Origin: the human T2T-CHM13v2.0 reference genome, Homo sapiens
NCBI RefSeq assembly: GCF_009914755.1
Contig: NC_060927.1
Reading direction: 5' to 3' (one strand)
Length of the DNA: 64,000 nt
The notes under the pieces were generated by a model. That model was not told the origin of the DNA and made no database searches. It worked only from the letters and a program-made list of their open reading frames with translations. The translations under genes were made by a program, and so were the position numbers. Position 1 is the first letter of the stretch; the number at the start of each line of letters is the position of its first letter. This document shows, in pieces, positions 28,303 through 42,203 of the stretch.

Positions 28303-28599
28303 TGTTGGGCACGGTGTCTCACGTCTGTAATCCCAGCACTTCGGGAGACCGAGGCGAGTGGATCACCCGTGGTCAGGAGTTCAAGACCACTCCAGCCAAC
28401 ATGGTGAAAGCCTGTGTCTACTAAAAATACAAAATATTAGCTGGGCATGGTGGGGTGCACCTGTATACCCGCTACTCCGGAGGATGAGGCGGGAGAACTG
28501 CTTGAACCTGGGAGGCACAGGTTGCAGTGAGCCAAGATCATCAAGATCATGCCACTGCACTCCAGCCTGGGTGACAGAGTGAGACTCTGTCTCAAAAAA

Positions 28600-28635
<36 letters not shown>

Positions 28636-28670
28636 AAGAAAGAAAGAAAAGAAAGAAGAAAGAAAGAAAA
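28303..28670 (+). mobile_element. AluS with 9-bp internal duplication and (GA)/(GAAA) tail
   Basis: caagatcat x2; TSD gaaaagttaatgga. Confidence 0.93.
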
Positions 28671-28848
28671 GAAAAGTTAATGGAGATGAGGTCTAGTTAG
28701 TAGGTTTGTTTTATATACTATGTAGATTCCTCTCTGGTGCCTTCCTTGGGCTGGTAGACTTTATAGCTGTTTCTGGTGATATAGAATCATCCTGCCCTTC
28801 CTGATAGAGGGGGAGGATAACAGAGAGTTTTTCTCGTGTCTTCTTGTG

Positions 28849-28891
28849 TTTTGTTTTGTTTTGTTTTGTTTTGTTTTGTTTTGTTTTGTTT
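28849..28891 (+). repeat. (TTTTG)n
   Basis: Directly visible. Confidence 0.93.
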
Positions 28892-29357
28892 AATTGCCTT
28901 TGACTCAAAATAGTCCTTAGGCCAGAGTGACATATTTTGGGGTGACATCCTCTGAACCTTTTCAAATATAAGGTCTGCCTCCTTCTTTCTACTTCATAAC
29001 ATAAAGTCTTCTTTCTCTTCCATGAATATTACAATTCCTGCCTGAGTCTTACAAGGCCCTCCTCTTCCCTGTAGGTCAGGACACAATTGGTCCTTTGAAT
29101 TGAGGTGTGGTAGTAGCCAAGCTTTCAGGAGTGAGGTTTCCACCTTTCATCTTGTTTCTAAAAGTAAATATCTAGTAAATGATAAAGCTGTGTTTTTAGT
29201 TGTAAGTCTATGGTGATTGTATAGCACAGAATGATTCTAATGTATTATTTTAGCAATGAAGACAAGCAGATTTGATGCAGAAATCCTTGACATAAGGAGC
29301 CAAAATATTTATGTTGCCCTTAGGGGATAGATATTAAATATATCTACCCATACTAAA

Positions 29358-29490
29358 CTTTTTTTTTTTAAGAGATGGAGTTTTGCTGTGTTGCCCAGGC
29401 TGGCCTTGAACTCCTGGACTCCTCAAGCAATCCTCCTGCCTCAGCCTCCTGAGTAGCTGGGATTACAGGTACATGTCACTATGCCCAACT
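29358..29490 (-). mobile_element. Free Alu monomer (FLAM)
   Basis: Poly-T, gttgcccaggctggccttgaactcctgg, ctcagcctcctgagtagctgggattacagg. Confidence 0.87.
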
Positions 29491-29614
29491 TTCCCAAATT
29501 AAGCTTTAACAAATCTTCTCAATAATGTTTTCCTAAATTATTCTTGAATACAGTCATGTAGAACATATAACAATTATGAAGTTTTAAAAGTCTTTATAAT
29601 TCAGGAAATTTTGA

Positions 29615-29818
<204 letters not shown>

Positions 29819-30809
29819 TAAACTTTTCAAGTATCTTTTTTTCCCTGAAGCCTACATTTTGTTATTACTTTAGTTGGAAAACGACTCCAGTCAATGACTC
29901 CTCATTCCCTCACCATTCTGACATGCACTCCAGCATCTCTTTGCCATTATTTCAGCAAAGATAGATATAATATGCTATAGAAGAAAAAGAGTAGCAACCT
30001 TAACTTAAGAGTTGAGTTCCTATTGTAAAATAAAGACATTACTGAGACTGGGTTTCAAACAAATATATTTTTAAGCTCCACTCCTGTGGATTTTTTTGTT
30101 TTGTTTTGTTTTGTTTTTGTCTTGGTCTCTTTGTTGATCCTGTCAGCCAATGGTTTCTCACTTGCCTGTCAGAGCTGAAGAGTCCATTCCTTGTCAATTC
30201 AGATGCGAAGTGGAACAAACGTCCTTTAGTAACAAAACGAATCCGAAATGAAAAAGGATATGTTACTGCTGACTGTGGTGGTTGTCAATAAAGATGTTTT
30301 CATAGCAACTATTCCTTCAAAATACAATGAACATCTGCAATAGTCTTTTACCCAAATGACAAATTCCTTTCCTACTAAATCATGTCTTTACAAAATTAGA
30401 AGGCTCTATTTTAAACCTTGAATTACTTGACATTGAAGGTAATGCTAATTACAATAAAATCTCCCACTTACATAATTATTAATTCAAATTTGCACCTTTT
30501 TCCTGAATTTTACCTGCTTAGAAATCCTTATGGTGCTAATGATGAACATAACGATTAAGAATTTTGTTGCTGAAATCTCTCTATGCCTCAGTTTAACCAT
30601 GTTAAAAATTGATAAGATAATACTTAATTGATAGAAACTGTGATAATAAAATAACACCACAAATGTGATTACAACAGAACATGGCAAAATAAATGCTAGC
30701 TAAATTTTTAAATCATGGTTTAAAGATATAATTTGTGTTACTTTAATTAAATAATTGATAAATAGATTTCTTGCCTTGACATTAACCTTGAGTATTCATA
30801 TTTCTGCAA

Positions 30810-31421
30810 GTAGGAGAGGAAGGATGTGATGTCTTTCCCCATCCGTCATAAGGGTCATGGCCAACACTCCTATAACAAAAGGTAGGCTAACGAGAAAAAA
30901 GCATGACAAATATTTAATCATGCTTTTACGTGACAGAGAAGCCTTCTGAAAGAAGGCTCAAAGAACCAGGGAAAACTATCCATCTTTATGCTTAGATTCA
31001 ATGGAGTGGACAGTTGTGTAGAAATGTGATCGGACAAAGGAGGAATTATCTAATAGTAATGGACTGCGTGTGGAAACCCATAAGAACTGTCTATTCTGAT
31101 TCTTCTTGGCCTCTCTGTGTGGCATTTCTTCCTCCTGGGTATGGGGCATGACTCCTTCTGGAATTAGGGTTTGATGACCTACTATCAAATAAGGGGAGGT
31201 CAGAGAATGTCTTTATGGCCAGCTCCTAGATAGAAAGGCAGGACAAGGTTAGACTAATCATTCTAGCTTTTATTTTTGGCTTTGAGGAAAAGCAGATATG
31301 GTTTGTATGACCCACCTTAGGGAAGAGGAATTCCAGTTTTTATGGTTCACCTTGAGGGAGAATGAGGGGCAAAAGACATCTGAATCCTTCACTTCAGGGT
31401 ATCATTTTCTGAGGCTCAATA
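30810..31421 (-). mobile_element. MER39-like ERV1 LTR
   Basis: Reverse strand starts tattgagcctcagaaaatgataccctgaa; cataagggtcatggccaacactcctataacaaaag motif. Confidence 0.72.
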
Positions 31422-32884
31422 TGGACAAGTATTTATAACTAGGTGCTTAATATGGCCTTTTGAGATACACAGTTCCTATGCTGCAATCTCACAGGCAATG
31501 AATGGTCTTTATAAAAGTGTGTTAAAGTTGAAAAAAAAGCAACAAAACAAACAAAAACCTGAAGAAATATTCCTCATTGAAGGTCCAGCTTACATTAAAA
31601 AGAAAACTATAATAATTTATTCTCTTGAGAAGGGTTGTATAGCAAAGGAAAATTCTTGAATGTTCCCTCTGCTTGCCCCATGCATCAATTCTATTGATAT
31701 TAAAGTAGGCCTAGCAAATGTACTTCCATTCTCACTGACTCAGTCTTTGTAATTCAACACCAATTCTGAAAAATACTTAGAAATTATTTCAGTAAACAGC
31801 TCTTATAAGTGCTACATGCATAACAATATTTCAATATCAGAGACTTCTATCCCATGAGAAGATATTTTCAACCTAAAATTTATTATAAATGACCTAACAA
31901 AGAACTATTTTTTCAGTAATTGGCTATTATGGTTCAATCTGTTATACCCACTTTACACTAGAAACTATCCTATATTTTCTTGTTGCCTACGTAAAAGTGG
32001 GCACGAAAAGGTTAAACAGTAAACTTCCTGACTCCTGCCAGCCAAGGGAAGACTACTGGTGTTACCTACGAAGTGTCATGGCATTCTCATTTCTGAATAA
32101 TGAGGGAAATCTGCTTTCAATACAAACCCCCATAAGACAGTCACTCTTCCAGACAAATTAAGCTAAATAATCCATCATGACAGCTGAGAAGACAATGTGC
32201 AAAATGTCAGTGGAGGCCAGGGAGAGAAAGGCAGAGATGGACTGTAAGAGCTGCAGCATGATGCAAATACTGAGAAAAGACATTCTCTGTTAATACAGCT
32301 CTTAATTGTAGGCATTTTTTACAGAACATATTGAGAGTGAAGCAAAGCTTCCTTAGCAGTACTCTGATGTCTTCTCAGCAGGATAATGTAGGGTAATTCA
32401 CAGTGAAGGCAAGGGGTTAGGAAAGTCACAGCCCTAAAAATCAATGGGCTGCTTACAGGGAAGAAGGTGCAACAGATCTTGGAGAGCACAGAAAAGAAGA
32501 GATGAGCAGCCTGTATTGAACAGAAACCAAAATATTAGTTAGATATATCCAGCAAAGCCATTCCACAAGTTCGTTAGTGAGTAGGTGCCAAAAGCCAACT
32601 GTAAATCCTAGATACTTGTACATATGCATGCTTATATTACTTATATTTTAAGCAGTCATATCCTCAAGCTATATTATGAGTTCAGTCATTCTAAAAAGAT
32701 GCTTCCATTGTCTTCTTGGCACTTACTCAGAATCTTCAGTTATCTTATTCATACTGTGTGCTTACTGGTTGTCTTAACAGGTGAGGGCAGGGGCCCTGTC
32801 TTATTCACCTCCATATCTCCAGGATATAGAATAGTGCTTGGCACACAGCAGGAACTCAATAAATATTCATACTATTTTGAGTCC

Positions 32885-33065
32885 CTTAATCCTCATATCA
32901 ACTACAGGATTTAGATTTTATTGTTATCTCCATTTTACATATGAGGAAAATGAGGAACAGAGAAATTAAGTAATTTGCCCAAGCTATGCATGAATAAGTG
33001 GTAGAGTCAGGATTTGAAGCCAGGCAGTCAATCCCTAGAATTTACACTCCAACAACTACTGCCTC
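32885..33065 (-). mobile_element. MIR
   Basis: ctccattttacatatgaggaaaatgagg..aagtaatttgcccaag..ggatttgaagccaggcagtc. Confidence 0.85.
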
Positions 33066-34214
33066 TAGTGGTTATGTATGTATTTATACACGTATATATT
33101 TGCAGAAATAATTGAAACTTATTTCTGCCTAGGTGCATGATATATTAAAGCATCACTAAATCCTTCTGAATATAATTCAAACTTCTTCCTACCATAGACA
33201 AAGTAATGGCCTATAGTGAACATAATGATTATCCCATCATACACCTTGTACTGTATTAGTTTTCTTTGCAATCTCAATTACACTTGCATTTTTATTATCA
33301 TGGTTTTATAAAACTTTATGACTGGAAAGTACCATATTCATAAAGAGTTGTGCCTCATATATGTTAGACATATATGCATTTTTATTAGTAATTATAACTT
33401 TTATGCAGCCAGATAGCCCCAGGTTTATGATTCCACATCTTTTGTGTTGTGTCATCTTTTGTAGCTAGTTGATATTGTAATGTTTGCTGACTTAATTCAT
33501 TCAGTTATTAATTTCTATAAACTAGAATTTAGGGGACATTTCAATGGACTATGGAGAGAAAATAACTGAAAATTGGAAATTAAGAGCATCTGAGAAAATT
33601 CAAGTTGTTTGTACATCCTGGACATAAATCTCAGGAAAACTGACATATTTTCCTTCCTTGTCAAGTCATACAACCAATGCTATCACTAAAACTGGTCTAA
33701 CATTTAAACATTCAGACAATCAGTTTAGTCAATGCTTCAATAAGTTTACTGAACTAGCAGTTTCTTACCAACTAGTTACAGAACAGTCACAGCTGAAAAT
33801 GATCTATACATTGTATTATAAATGGGATTAATTATTCTGCCAGACAACCCCAGGTGTGCCAAATAACCCAACCCCTTCCTCCAAGACACTCATTGAGAAA
33901 CTAGACAGCATCTGAGCATTGTAGGAACAAACACTGAAGTAAATGGATTCTAAATCCCTTTGAGTTCTAAAATGCTGTAGAGATCTGAGAAGCCCACAAC
34001 CTTATAACAGCAGGCAACATAGATTACGCTTAAAAAGCAACATACTTTCAATTGATTGATAAACCCTTTTGTTGTTCATTTATTGCAAATAGGTTTTAGA
34101 GCTCAATTCACACTTTTGTGAATAAACATTGAAAATATTTGATTCAATGGTTATATTTCTGCCTGACATGAGGAAATTATAGAATCTATTAACCTTAACA
34201 ATTTAATTAGCATG

Positions 34215-34395
34215 TCCCAGACTTAATCACTCACTATCTGGGTAGAATTGGCCCAATTAGTTAACCACTCTAAACCACAGTTTCCTCATCTGTAAAATGG
34301 GATGGAAAATAATAACAACTCATAGGGTTGTTAAGAGGAATACATAAATTATTCATGTGCCCTGTATGGCACACAATAAGTCCTTATTAAATGAA
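34215..34395 (+). mobile_element. MIR
   Basis: cagtttcctcatctgtaaaatggg..ctcatagggttgtt. Confidence 0.85.
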
Positions 34396-36598
34396 CCGGT
34401 TGTAGAACTGTATTAAGAACAAGTAGTAGTAGCTTCCATATTTAGAGAGCCATCAATTCTGTTTTCCAACAGCTCCATTAGTGAGAATTGTGCTGTGTGT
34501 TTTCCCCCCACCCCGCCCCACTACAACTGCATTGCTATATGCAAGGATATAACTTCTGTCTCTAAAACTATTCAAATAGTGAGCCTGGGAAAAACAAACT
34601 TAGGTCAAAAGAGTTTGACTAAACTGGCTGAGAACATTTAAGTTGGATAAAAATAGATGTATTTTGTTTGTATAAATAGATTTTGGTCATGAGAAAGAAA
34701 TAAAGAGGTTCCTCTCAAAAGAAAGCCTGGTTTAGCAGTCAGTAAACATTGGGAAGAGTCAGCAGTTGACTTCCCCACTGTGTGGAAGAAACTGCCAAAA
34801 GCCCATCCAGAATTAGGTGTGTGGGAGGGAAGAACAAAGGAGAGGCAAACAAGAAGCTGTCACTATTCACCACTTTCACCTTGAATAACCTTTAATTGAA
34901 AAATAAAGTTGCCAAAACAAGGAGTAAAAGAAAAACTACCATTTTATTCCCTCCTTGAGATTGAATTAGAGGGAAACATACTGACCACAGTAATCCCAAG
35001 GTTGGACTCACATGATGGCAAATGTCACTTAGTTCTAAAGCTCTAATTAGAAACAGGGCTGAAGTTTTAGCCAGCTCCTGCTACTAGAAATAAAACATGA
35101 GGCAACAGCAACCCAAGCCCTGGACACCCCCTGACAGTGAACTCTGAGGTGCTTTCTGAGTGAGTTGAGTATAAAGCTGACAGAGCCTAGAGAATTCATA
35201 CTTGAGCAAATATTGGGAAAGAATAAACTGGGTCAGTTACCACCTGTTTCTAGATTTTATTTTTTTCTAGACTTCAACTAAGATTGTCTTTCACATTAAT
35301 AAGAAGAACGATGAACATAATCTATTTCATCCAACTTCTACATTCCAGGCACAGTATCAACCACTTTATTACATTTTATCTTCTGTAATATTCACAGTGT
35401 TATTGGGTAGATTAAACAACTTGCCCAAGTTCACACAACTGGTGACTGGCAGAAATGGGATTTGAACTTATTTGATGCCAGAGGAGGTGTATCCTTTAAT
35501 ATTTTAGAATAACTTATTTATTTCATTATATTTTATGAACCTTGAAATATGTTTATTGTAAAAAAAAAACGCAGAAAATACAGACAGGCTAAGTAAAATG
35601 TGTCTTTACATTAAAGGATTTAATTTGCAAAAGAACAGTTGTTATTTTAAAATCCTACCCCACAGTTTTTCATATTTCTCTTTCTATGTAGGGTTAATCT
35701 CATCAGGAATTTCTCTTATCCATCCACAGTTTGTAGGACAATTCTTTGCACATAATGGGCACTCAAATGTACGCAGATCATATTAGTCCAAGAAAAAGCT
35801 GCTTGTTGGGGCTACCAAGCCAGCATGGTAACACCTTACAATCACCCTTTCTACCTGCAGTCACATTGTTCCCAGAGTGGGGTGGTGATACTTGCCAGCT
35901 AGCCCAAGTTTCTGGATATAGACCTTTAACAACTTCACAAGTACCCTTAGAAAATTCGGTTAAGACCGAACATGGACATGCTTGCTCCATTTTTTTCCAC
36001 TCTCAAAATATCCTTGAGCAGTAACTCATTCATAGATAAGAAAAACTTTTTCTCTTCAGTTTTTTCTTTTCTTTTTGAATATTCTTTGATTTTAGCAGAA
36101 ATAGGCACAGTAAAAGAATAAATATAAGAGACGAAGAATAAAATTTATGAAATTTAGAAAGCTCATGTTAGAGAATTGTACTCTTTAGGTAGATCCTTAT
36201 TTAAAGAATAATTAGAGGAAAGAAAACAAAAGATGAAAGAGTACAAATGAGATTCCTGAGCAGTTTTTTATTTTGATTGATAAACTTTTAAAATGTGTTT
36301 GAATTACAATATTTATATATCAGGAATATGAAAGGTTTAATCATAAAAATTACATAATATTTCTTCCAACATTTTCATCTTGTCCATTTCTTCATATCTA
36401 TAGTGGAGAATTATCCCTCTGTAGGCAAGAAGAAGTCTTTATTCTCTTCGGAAGCTGCTCCTCTTGCACTCCAAAATATAGTTCTGATGGAAGCTGCCAA
36501 TCACTTTATCCCATTCCCAGAACAGGCATGGTACCAGACTGAGGTCAATCCTATACTCCACCTTATTTGCCATGGAAAATAGCCTAGCGATACTTGCA

Positions 36599-36657
36599 TG
36601 ACTCAGGGCAGTTGGAGTAGTTTGATGGAATTTTTTAAACCACAGCTGACAGGAAGT
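36599..36657. promoter_or_regulatory. AP-1 plus RUNX/E-box/ETS composite motif
   Basis: TGACTCA 36599; AAACCACA 36637, CAGCTG 36643, ACAGGAAGT 36649. Confidence 0.45.
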
Positions 36658-36789
36658 AGCTCTGTTCCTTATTAGTTGCAAATGCTGCAAGCATATGACC
36701 CTAGAGTTATCTGTTGCCAGTTGTTGCCTTGTGGAGATCATAGGCTTAAGATGATGAAGGCAGCAATCAGCAATAAGCAGAGGTGTGCT

Positions 36790-36836
36790 TGTGTGTGTGT
36801 GTGTGTGTGTGTGTGTGTCAGAATGAGAGAGAGAGA
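36790..36836 (+). repeat. (TG)14 followed by short (GA)n
   Basis: Directly visible. Confidence 0.93.
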
Positions 36837-37733
36837 AAAATTACTGCTTCTGAAACCAAATCCATTTCCAAGGTGTGGTTTTAGAAGCAAATAAATTGCC
36901 AATTTCAGAGCTGATTCAAGTTGAATTTTTGTCCTGTAACCAAAAGAGTCCTGACTAACAGCCAAAACTCAGGCTGTCAAGTAAACATAATCTGTAAGAA
37001 TCCGCTTTCCAGCCTCCATTCCCCTTGACATCTTCCTGAAAGAAGATTTGTATAGGAAATGCTGACGTCTCTTTGGCAACTGCATAAAAATTATTGTATT
37101 CAACAAATTTATTATATGTCTCTTTGTGGCCAGGCAGCTTGCTTGGCACTGGAAATTGGCTAGGGAGATTGGGGCAAGAAAAATACCTCTCTCCATGGTG
37201 GAGGCATACATAAAAGCCGATTGCTACACAACTGCGTAAGAAGTGCTTTAATCAAAGCCTGAATAAAGTGTTGTGGAAACTCAAAGGAGCAAGCAAAATG
37301 CTTCACATGAAAGTTGGACATTCGAGTCAAAGACTCACAGGATTTTCCCAAGCAGAAAAGAAAGGAGAGGACATCATGGACAGAGGAAATAGCATGGTGC
37401 AAAGGCATGGTATGAAAAAAATACACGACAAATTTGTGGAATAACAGAACTTTTGATGTGATCACAGCATAATGTGGAGTTGGGTAACAGTGAGGGATTA
37501 GGCTAACCAGCTTGGCAGAATACTGACTAAAAATTCTTAAATGCTGTGCTAAGTTGTTAGAATTTTATCTTACAGGTTTTGAGAAGCCATCTGCAGCTCA
37601 CAACTAGATGAGTGACACAATCAGATGTGCGTATGCAAGTAGGTAATGAACATCCATGTAACCATCACCCTGAGTCAATAACTATCCCTTCATGGGTGAA
37701 GTTGGGCAACTTTTCATATGGTTAACAACAATT

Positions 37734-38040
37734 GGCCAGGCACGGTGGCTCACACCTGTAATCCTAACACTTTGGGAGGCCGAGGTCGGTGGATCATTTG
37801 AGGTCAGGAGTTCGAAACCAGCCTGGCCAACATGGGGAAACCCTGTCTCTACTAAAACTACAAAAAAAAAAAAAATTAGCTGGGCATAGTAGCAAATGCC
37901 TGTAATCCCAGCTACTCAGGAGGCTGAGGCAGGAGAATTGCTTGAACCCAGGAGGAGGCAGAGGTTGCAGTGAGCCGAGACTGCACCACTGCCCTCCAGC
38001 TTGGGTGACAGAGCAAGACTCCATCTCAAAAAAAAAAAAA
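37734..38040 (+). mobile_element. AluSx-like
   Basis: Full dimer with poly-A tail. Confidence 0.94.
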
Positions 38041-39547
38041 TCCTTTTTTTTATTATCATCAATTTTCTGCAGACCAGTCCATTCTACTATAGAATTCCTG
38101 GCATTTTTCTTCTCAATCTTTAAAACTTTTTATGTTTTATGAATATCTTTGTATTGGGTATTAGTATTACTAACTTTTCTGGTATAGTTTGCAAGATATT
38201 TGTTCCCATGCTATGATTTGTATTTATTTCTTTGCTTATGTTATATTTTTACAGTGAAAAATTTTAAAAATTATATAACAAAATATATGTTATTTCTCTT
38301 GTGTCTTCTAGATTTTGAGTCATATTAAGCAATGTTTCCCCATTTTCAGAATATAGAAGAATTCATAACTGCTTTTTAAAAATACATGTACAGTTCCTTT
38401 TTAAAGCCTTGATTTAAATATCTGATCCATTGGGAATTTATCCTGGATTATGGTGTAAGAAATGGATCCAATTTTATCTTTCTCCATATGGCTATCCAGT
38501 TATCTCAGCAATGTTTATTTAACTGTCCATCTTCTACCCAGCAATTTGAGATGCTACCTATAAAGCATACTAAATGGTCACATGTGATTGTATCTTGTTT
38601 CTGAACTTTCTACCTTTTCATTAGTTTGTCTGCCTATTCATGTGCTAATATCAAACTGTTTAAATAATAAAGTTTTTAATAGTACTTTCTAAAGAAATCT
38701 GATATAGTTTTTCCTTCCAGCTGTTGTCCTGAACATTGCTTTTCTTTTTTAGAGTTTATCTGGTTATTCTTACTTGTTTTTAAATTCCTAATGAACTTTA
38801 TAATCAATTTGTTTAACTCTAGAAAAAAGCCTGGAGACATTGAACTAAGATCAAATTTAATGTATTAAGTAAGTAAGAGGAACTAACGTCTTTATGATAT
38901 TTCCTTCTCTCTCTCCCAGATGATGGTATTTCTTTTCATTTATTTGTGACTAGTTCTTTCAAAAGCACATTATAGTTTTGCTCTTATAAATATTAGACAC
39001 TTCTGATTAAGTTGATGCCAAGGTGCTTTCTTCTTTTTTCTCTATTTTCTATCACAAATGAGATCTATTATTCATTTATATATTCTCACTGTTTTTGTTT
39101 ATATATATGTATACATATATACTTATATATGCTATTGATTTTTACGTGCCATTTTATAACATTATTTTATCGAATTCTCTTATTGTTTGTTATATTTCCC
39201 CATGGATTCTTTTGAGCTTTCCAGATATATAATCACATGTCCTCTAAATAAATAGTTTTACCTCTGTTTCCCAAACTGATGCCCATTAGTTGCTTTTTCA
39301 TGCTTGATGATTACATTGGTTAATGTATCAACGTACAAAAACACTGAATGTTTGTTTCCTTCCAAAATTTATATATTAAAGCCCTAACCCTCAGTGTTGC
39401 TCTATTTGCAGTAAGGAAGCAATTAAGATTAAATGAAGCCACAAGAGTTGAGCCCAAATCCAATAAAATTAGTGTCTTTATGAGAGGAGACACCAGAGAA
39501 ATATACTATCTAGCATCCCCCTTCACTCCCCCAACAAACACACACAC

Positions 39548-39584
<37 letters not shown>

Positions 39585-40190
39585 CTCTCTCCCCTCATGC
39601 ACACAAAGATGAGGTCATGGGAACACACAGTGAGATGATAGCCACCTGCAACCCAAGGGGAGAGCCTTTGCCAGGCACCCACCCTGCTGGCACCTTGATC
39701 TTCCAGTATCCTGAAATGTGAGAAAATAAATTCGATTGTTTAAGCACCCAGTTTAAGGTATTTTGTTACGGCAGCCCTTGTATACTAATACAGTTAGTGT
39801 CTGCAATATGCTAAATGTTGTGGATATAGTAGGTATCTTTGCTTTGTTCCTGCCTTTCAAGAATAAATATTATAATGTTAAATATTAAACATTAAAGTTT
39901 CCAAAGCTTTTGGGATGATGTAAATATATTTTAATATGCTAAGAAAATTTACTGATTATTTTTAACATGAATGGGTGTTACATTTTGTCTAATGCATCCA
40001 CTGCATTAATGAAGATAATCAAATAATTTTTCTCTTTAGCTTGGTAATTTAATGACTTATAATAATGGATTTCCTAATACTAGGCTATCTTTGAATAACT
40101 TAATAACTTAAATGGATATGATTTGATCATGTCTATAATTTTAAAACTGGGCTGTTGAGTATTTTGATAGTATTTTAAGATTTAGATTTG
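38041..40190 (-). mobile_element. Old L1M ORF2 fragment, interrupted by MLT1
   Basis: Antisense L1 motifs: ctccatatggctatccagttatctcagcaatgtttatt; catgaatgggtgttacattttgtctaatgc. Confidence 0.7.
39340..39792 (+). mobile_element. MLT1A/B-type LTR containing (CA)n at 39538-39581
   Basis: accctgctggcaccttgatctt..tgtgagaaaataaatt..ggtattttgttacggcagcc..actaataca. Confidence 0.85.
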
Positions 40191-41435
40191 GTTTTAAGGA
40201 GAAAATTCTGGCAATTTTTGACAGATATGGTAGAAAGAAGAGAGAATGAAAAATAATGTTAACAATCTAGGTGAGGAATTGCTGAGGAGACAAATTAAGG
40301 TAAGAGTTATTTGTAATTTCTCTGTTTTATGTCAGCCTTCTTTTCAGTAGTCTATAAATCCAGGGAGAACAGGGCCTCACTGCCTTTTTCACTAGCATGT
40401 CTACAGATCCCATTACAGTTGACAATACATTCACTCATTTAATGAATGGATTTAAACAATCTTAAGGAATAGGAATTAACTGAAGAAGATAAGCCTAGGT
40501 GATACTTACCAGGTAGAGTCAACAGGATGTAGGGACTAAATAAATATGAGAGATTAGAGAGACAAAATTACCTACTATTGTTGCCACTAACTTGAACAGG
40601 GAATTTAGGAAAGAGAACTGATTTGGGGATAGGTAAGTAAGGTATTGATTCAAAAGATTTGGATATATCATCTTCAGGTTTTTATAAGACATCTGAGTGG
40701 AGACATCCAGTAGGCCTGGCTCTATTTTCTAAGAAAGAGCCCTACATGGAATCATGTATTAGGTTTTCACTTTTTGCCAGATACTGTGGTAAATGCATTA
40801 TGAAAATTGCTTTAGTCTAACCTAACAAGATAGCAGGACTATTAACATTCTCAAATTACAGGACAGTAAACTAAGACAATGAAGTTAAGTAATTTATCAA
40901 GATCACCTATGATTAAATGGTGGAACTAGCATTCAAACCCAGGCAGTCTAATGCCAGAGCCCAGCTATAGCCATATGAACTCCTAGGATTTGAAGAGAGA
41001 CCAGTGTATTCACTGTAGATGAAAGAATTAAATTATCCTTCAAGAGTGCATACAGCAATAGTAAAGTGTGAGAAGCAAAAGAGCTGAGAGCAAAAGAATT
41101 TAAGAAACAGGCAGAAGAGGACCTCAAGGAACAGACTGAGAAGGAGCAGGTAGAGAGATAAAAGGAAAACCAAGGAGAGAGCCTGTCGTGGCATGTGTCT
41201 CAGGAGTGATGGAGAGTTCGGGGAGGAAATTTGGTTTATTTTCTGACCCTGATTCTTTAAGTTCCAAAATTTCTTCATGCTAATCAATTCCCATTCTTTT
41301 AATTTTTACCCATCTTCCCCCACAAAAAGTTATCGGGTATGAAATATTGCAAGATATCAACAGCTACTTTAATAAAAAAATTCACAAAATTATCAAACAG
41401 CAAGAATGCCCTTAATTATTATTAGGAAAGATCAG

Positions 41436-41574
41436 CATGTTTGTAATCCCAGATAGTTGGTAGGCTGAGGAGGGAAGATTGCTTGAACTCAAGAGTTGGA
41501 GCCTGCAGTGAGTTGTGCTTTTGCCACTGCATTGCAGCCTGGGTGACAGAGTGAGACCCTGTCTCTAAAAAAAA
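41436..41574 (+). mobile_element. Alu right monomer (FRAM/AluJ)
   Basis: tgtaatcccag..gattgcttgaactcaagag..gggtgacagagtgagaccctgtctc plus A tail; gaaagatca TSD. Confidence 0.87.
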
Positions 41575-41809
41575 GGAGAAAGATCAATGTTTTTTATGCT
41601 TTAGGGTATTTATAAGCTTAAAAAGATTCCCATTTTACAAGCTGATGTTGCTTACATATTGCCATATAAGGAAGGAATAAGTAACCAACATTGTGATCAA
41701 ATGAACAAACAATATGTCAACATTTTTAAAATGTAATGTAACTAGTACAACACAGAAGTAAATACCTAGTTTTGCTTTTTGATCTGTATGTCATTTCCTT
41801 CCTTGTAAG

Positions 41810-41948
41810 ATATAAGAAGCATCAGTGGGGTTATCCATTTGGTCTTGGTTGAAAACGTTCCAGTGCAACATTGCCATTCATCTTCATAGTCATTTAAATG
41901 CAATTTATTATCCAGTTTTGTGATTCTACTTTATATTTTATGGAGTTG
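41810..41948 (+). pseudogene. Candidate decayed exon, DEP C-terminal half
   Basis: tttccttccttgtaag| ... TTG|gtaaga; EASVGLS / LVENVPVQH / QFCDSTLYFMEL, needing two frameshifts. Confidence 0.5.
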
Positions 41949-42183
41949 GTAAGACTCCAGAATTACTTTCAGAATCATCCATCTTATATATAGGGGAAAG
42001 GTTTAATCCTTCCATCTCTAAGCAAGGAAAACTGTCATAGAAATCAGGCCCCAAAATGAATTCTTCAAGAGCAGGAAGGATGGAGAGGATGAATCAATCA
42101 AATTTTTTTTTCTCCTCAACTTGTTATTCTAAACGAGCTTATAAACAGTTTTCTGTAAGGAAAGGGTTTCTTGAATATGGTAA

Positions 42184-42203
42184 CATCTGCCATCTAGTGG
42201 CTG
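42184..42203 (-). promoter_or_regulatory. CTCF core motif
   Basis: Reverse strand CAGCCACTAGATGGCAGATG matches CCASYAGRKGGC. Confidence 0.65.

Larger units (their letters stand above)
27992..28964 (-). mobile_element. MER34-family ERV1 LTR, interrupted by an Alu
   Basis: Reverse strand starts tgaaaaggttcagaggatgtcaccccaaaatatgtcactctggcctaaggactattttgag. Confidence 0.78.

Noticed and set aside
40502-40512. ATACTTACC matching the U1 snRNA 5' end
   Set aside because: Only 9 nt match; it is simply a minus-strand donor-like motif within L2-derived sequence.
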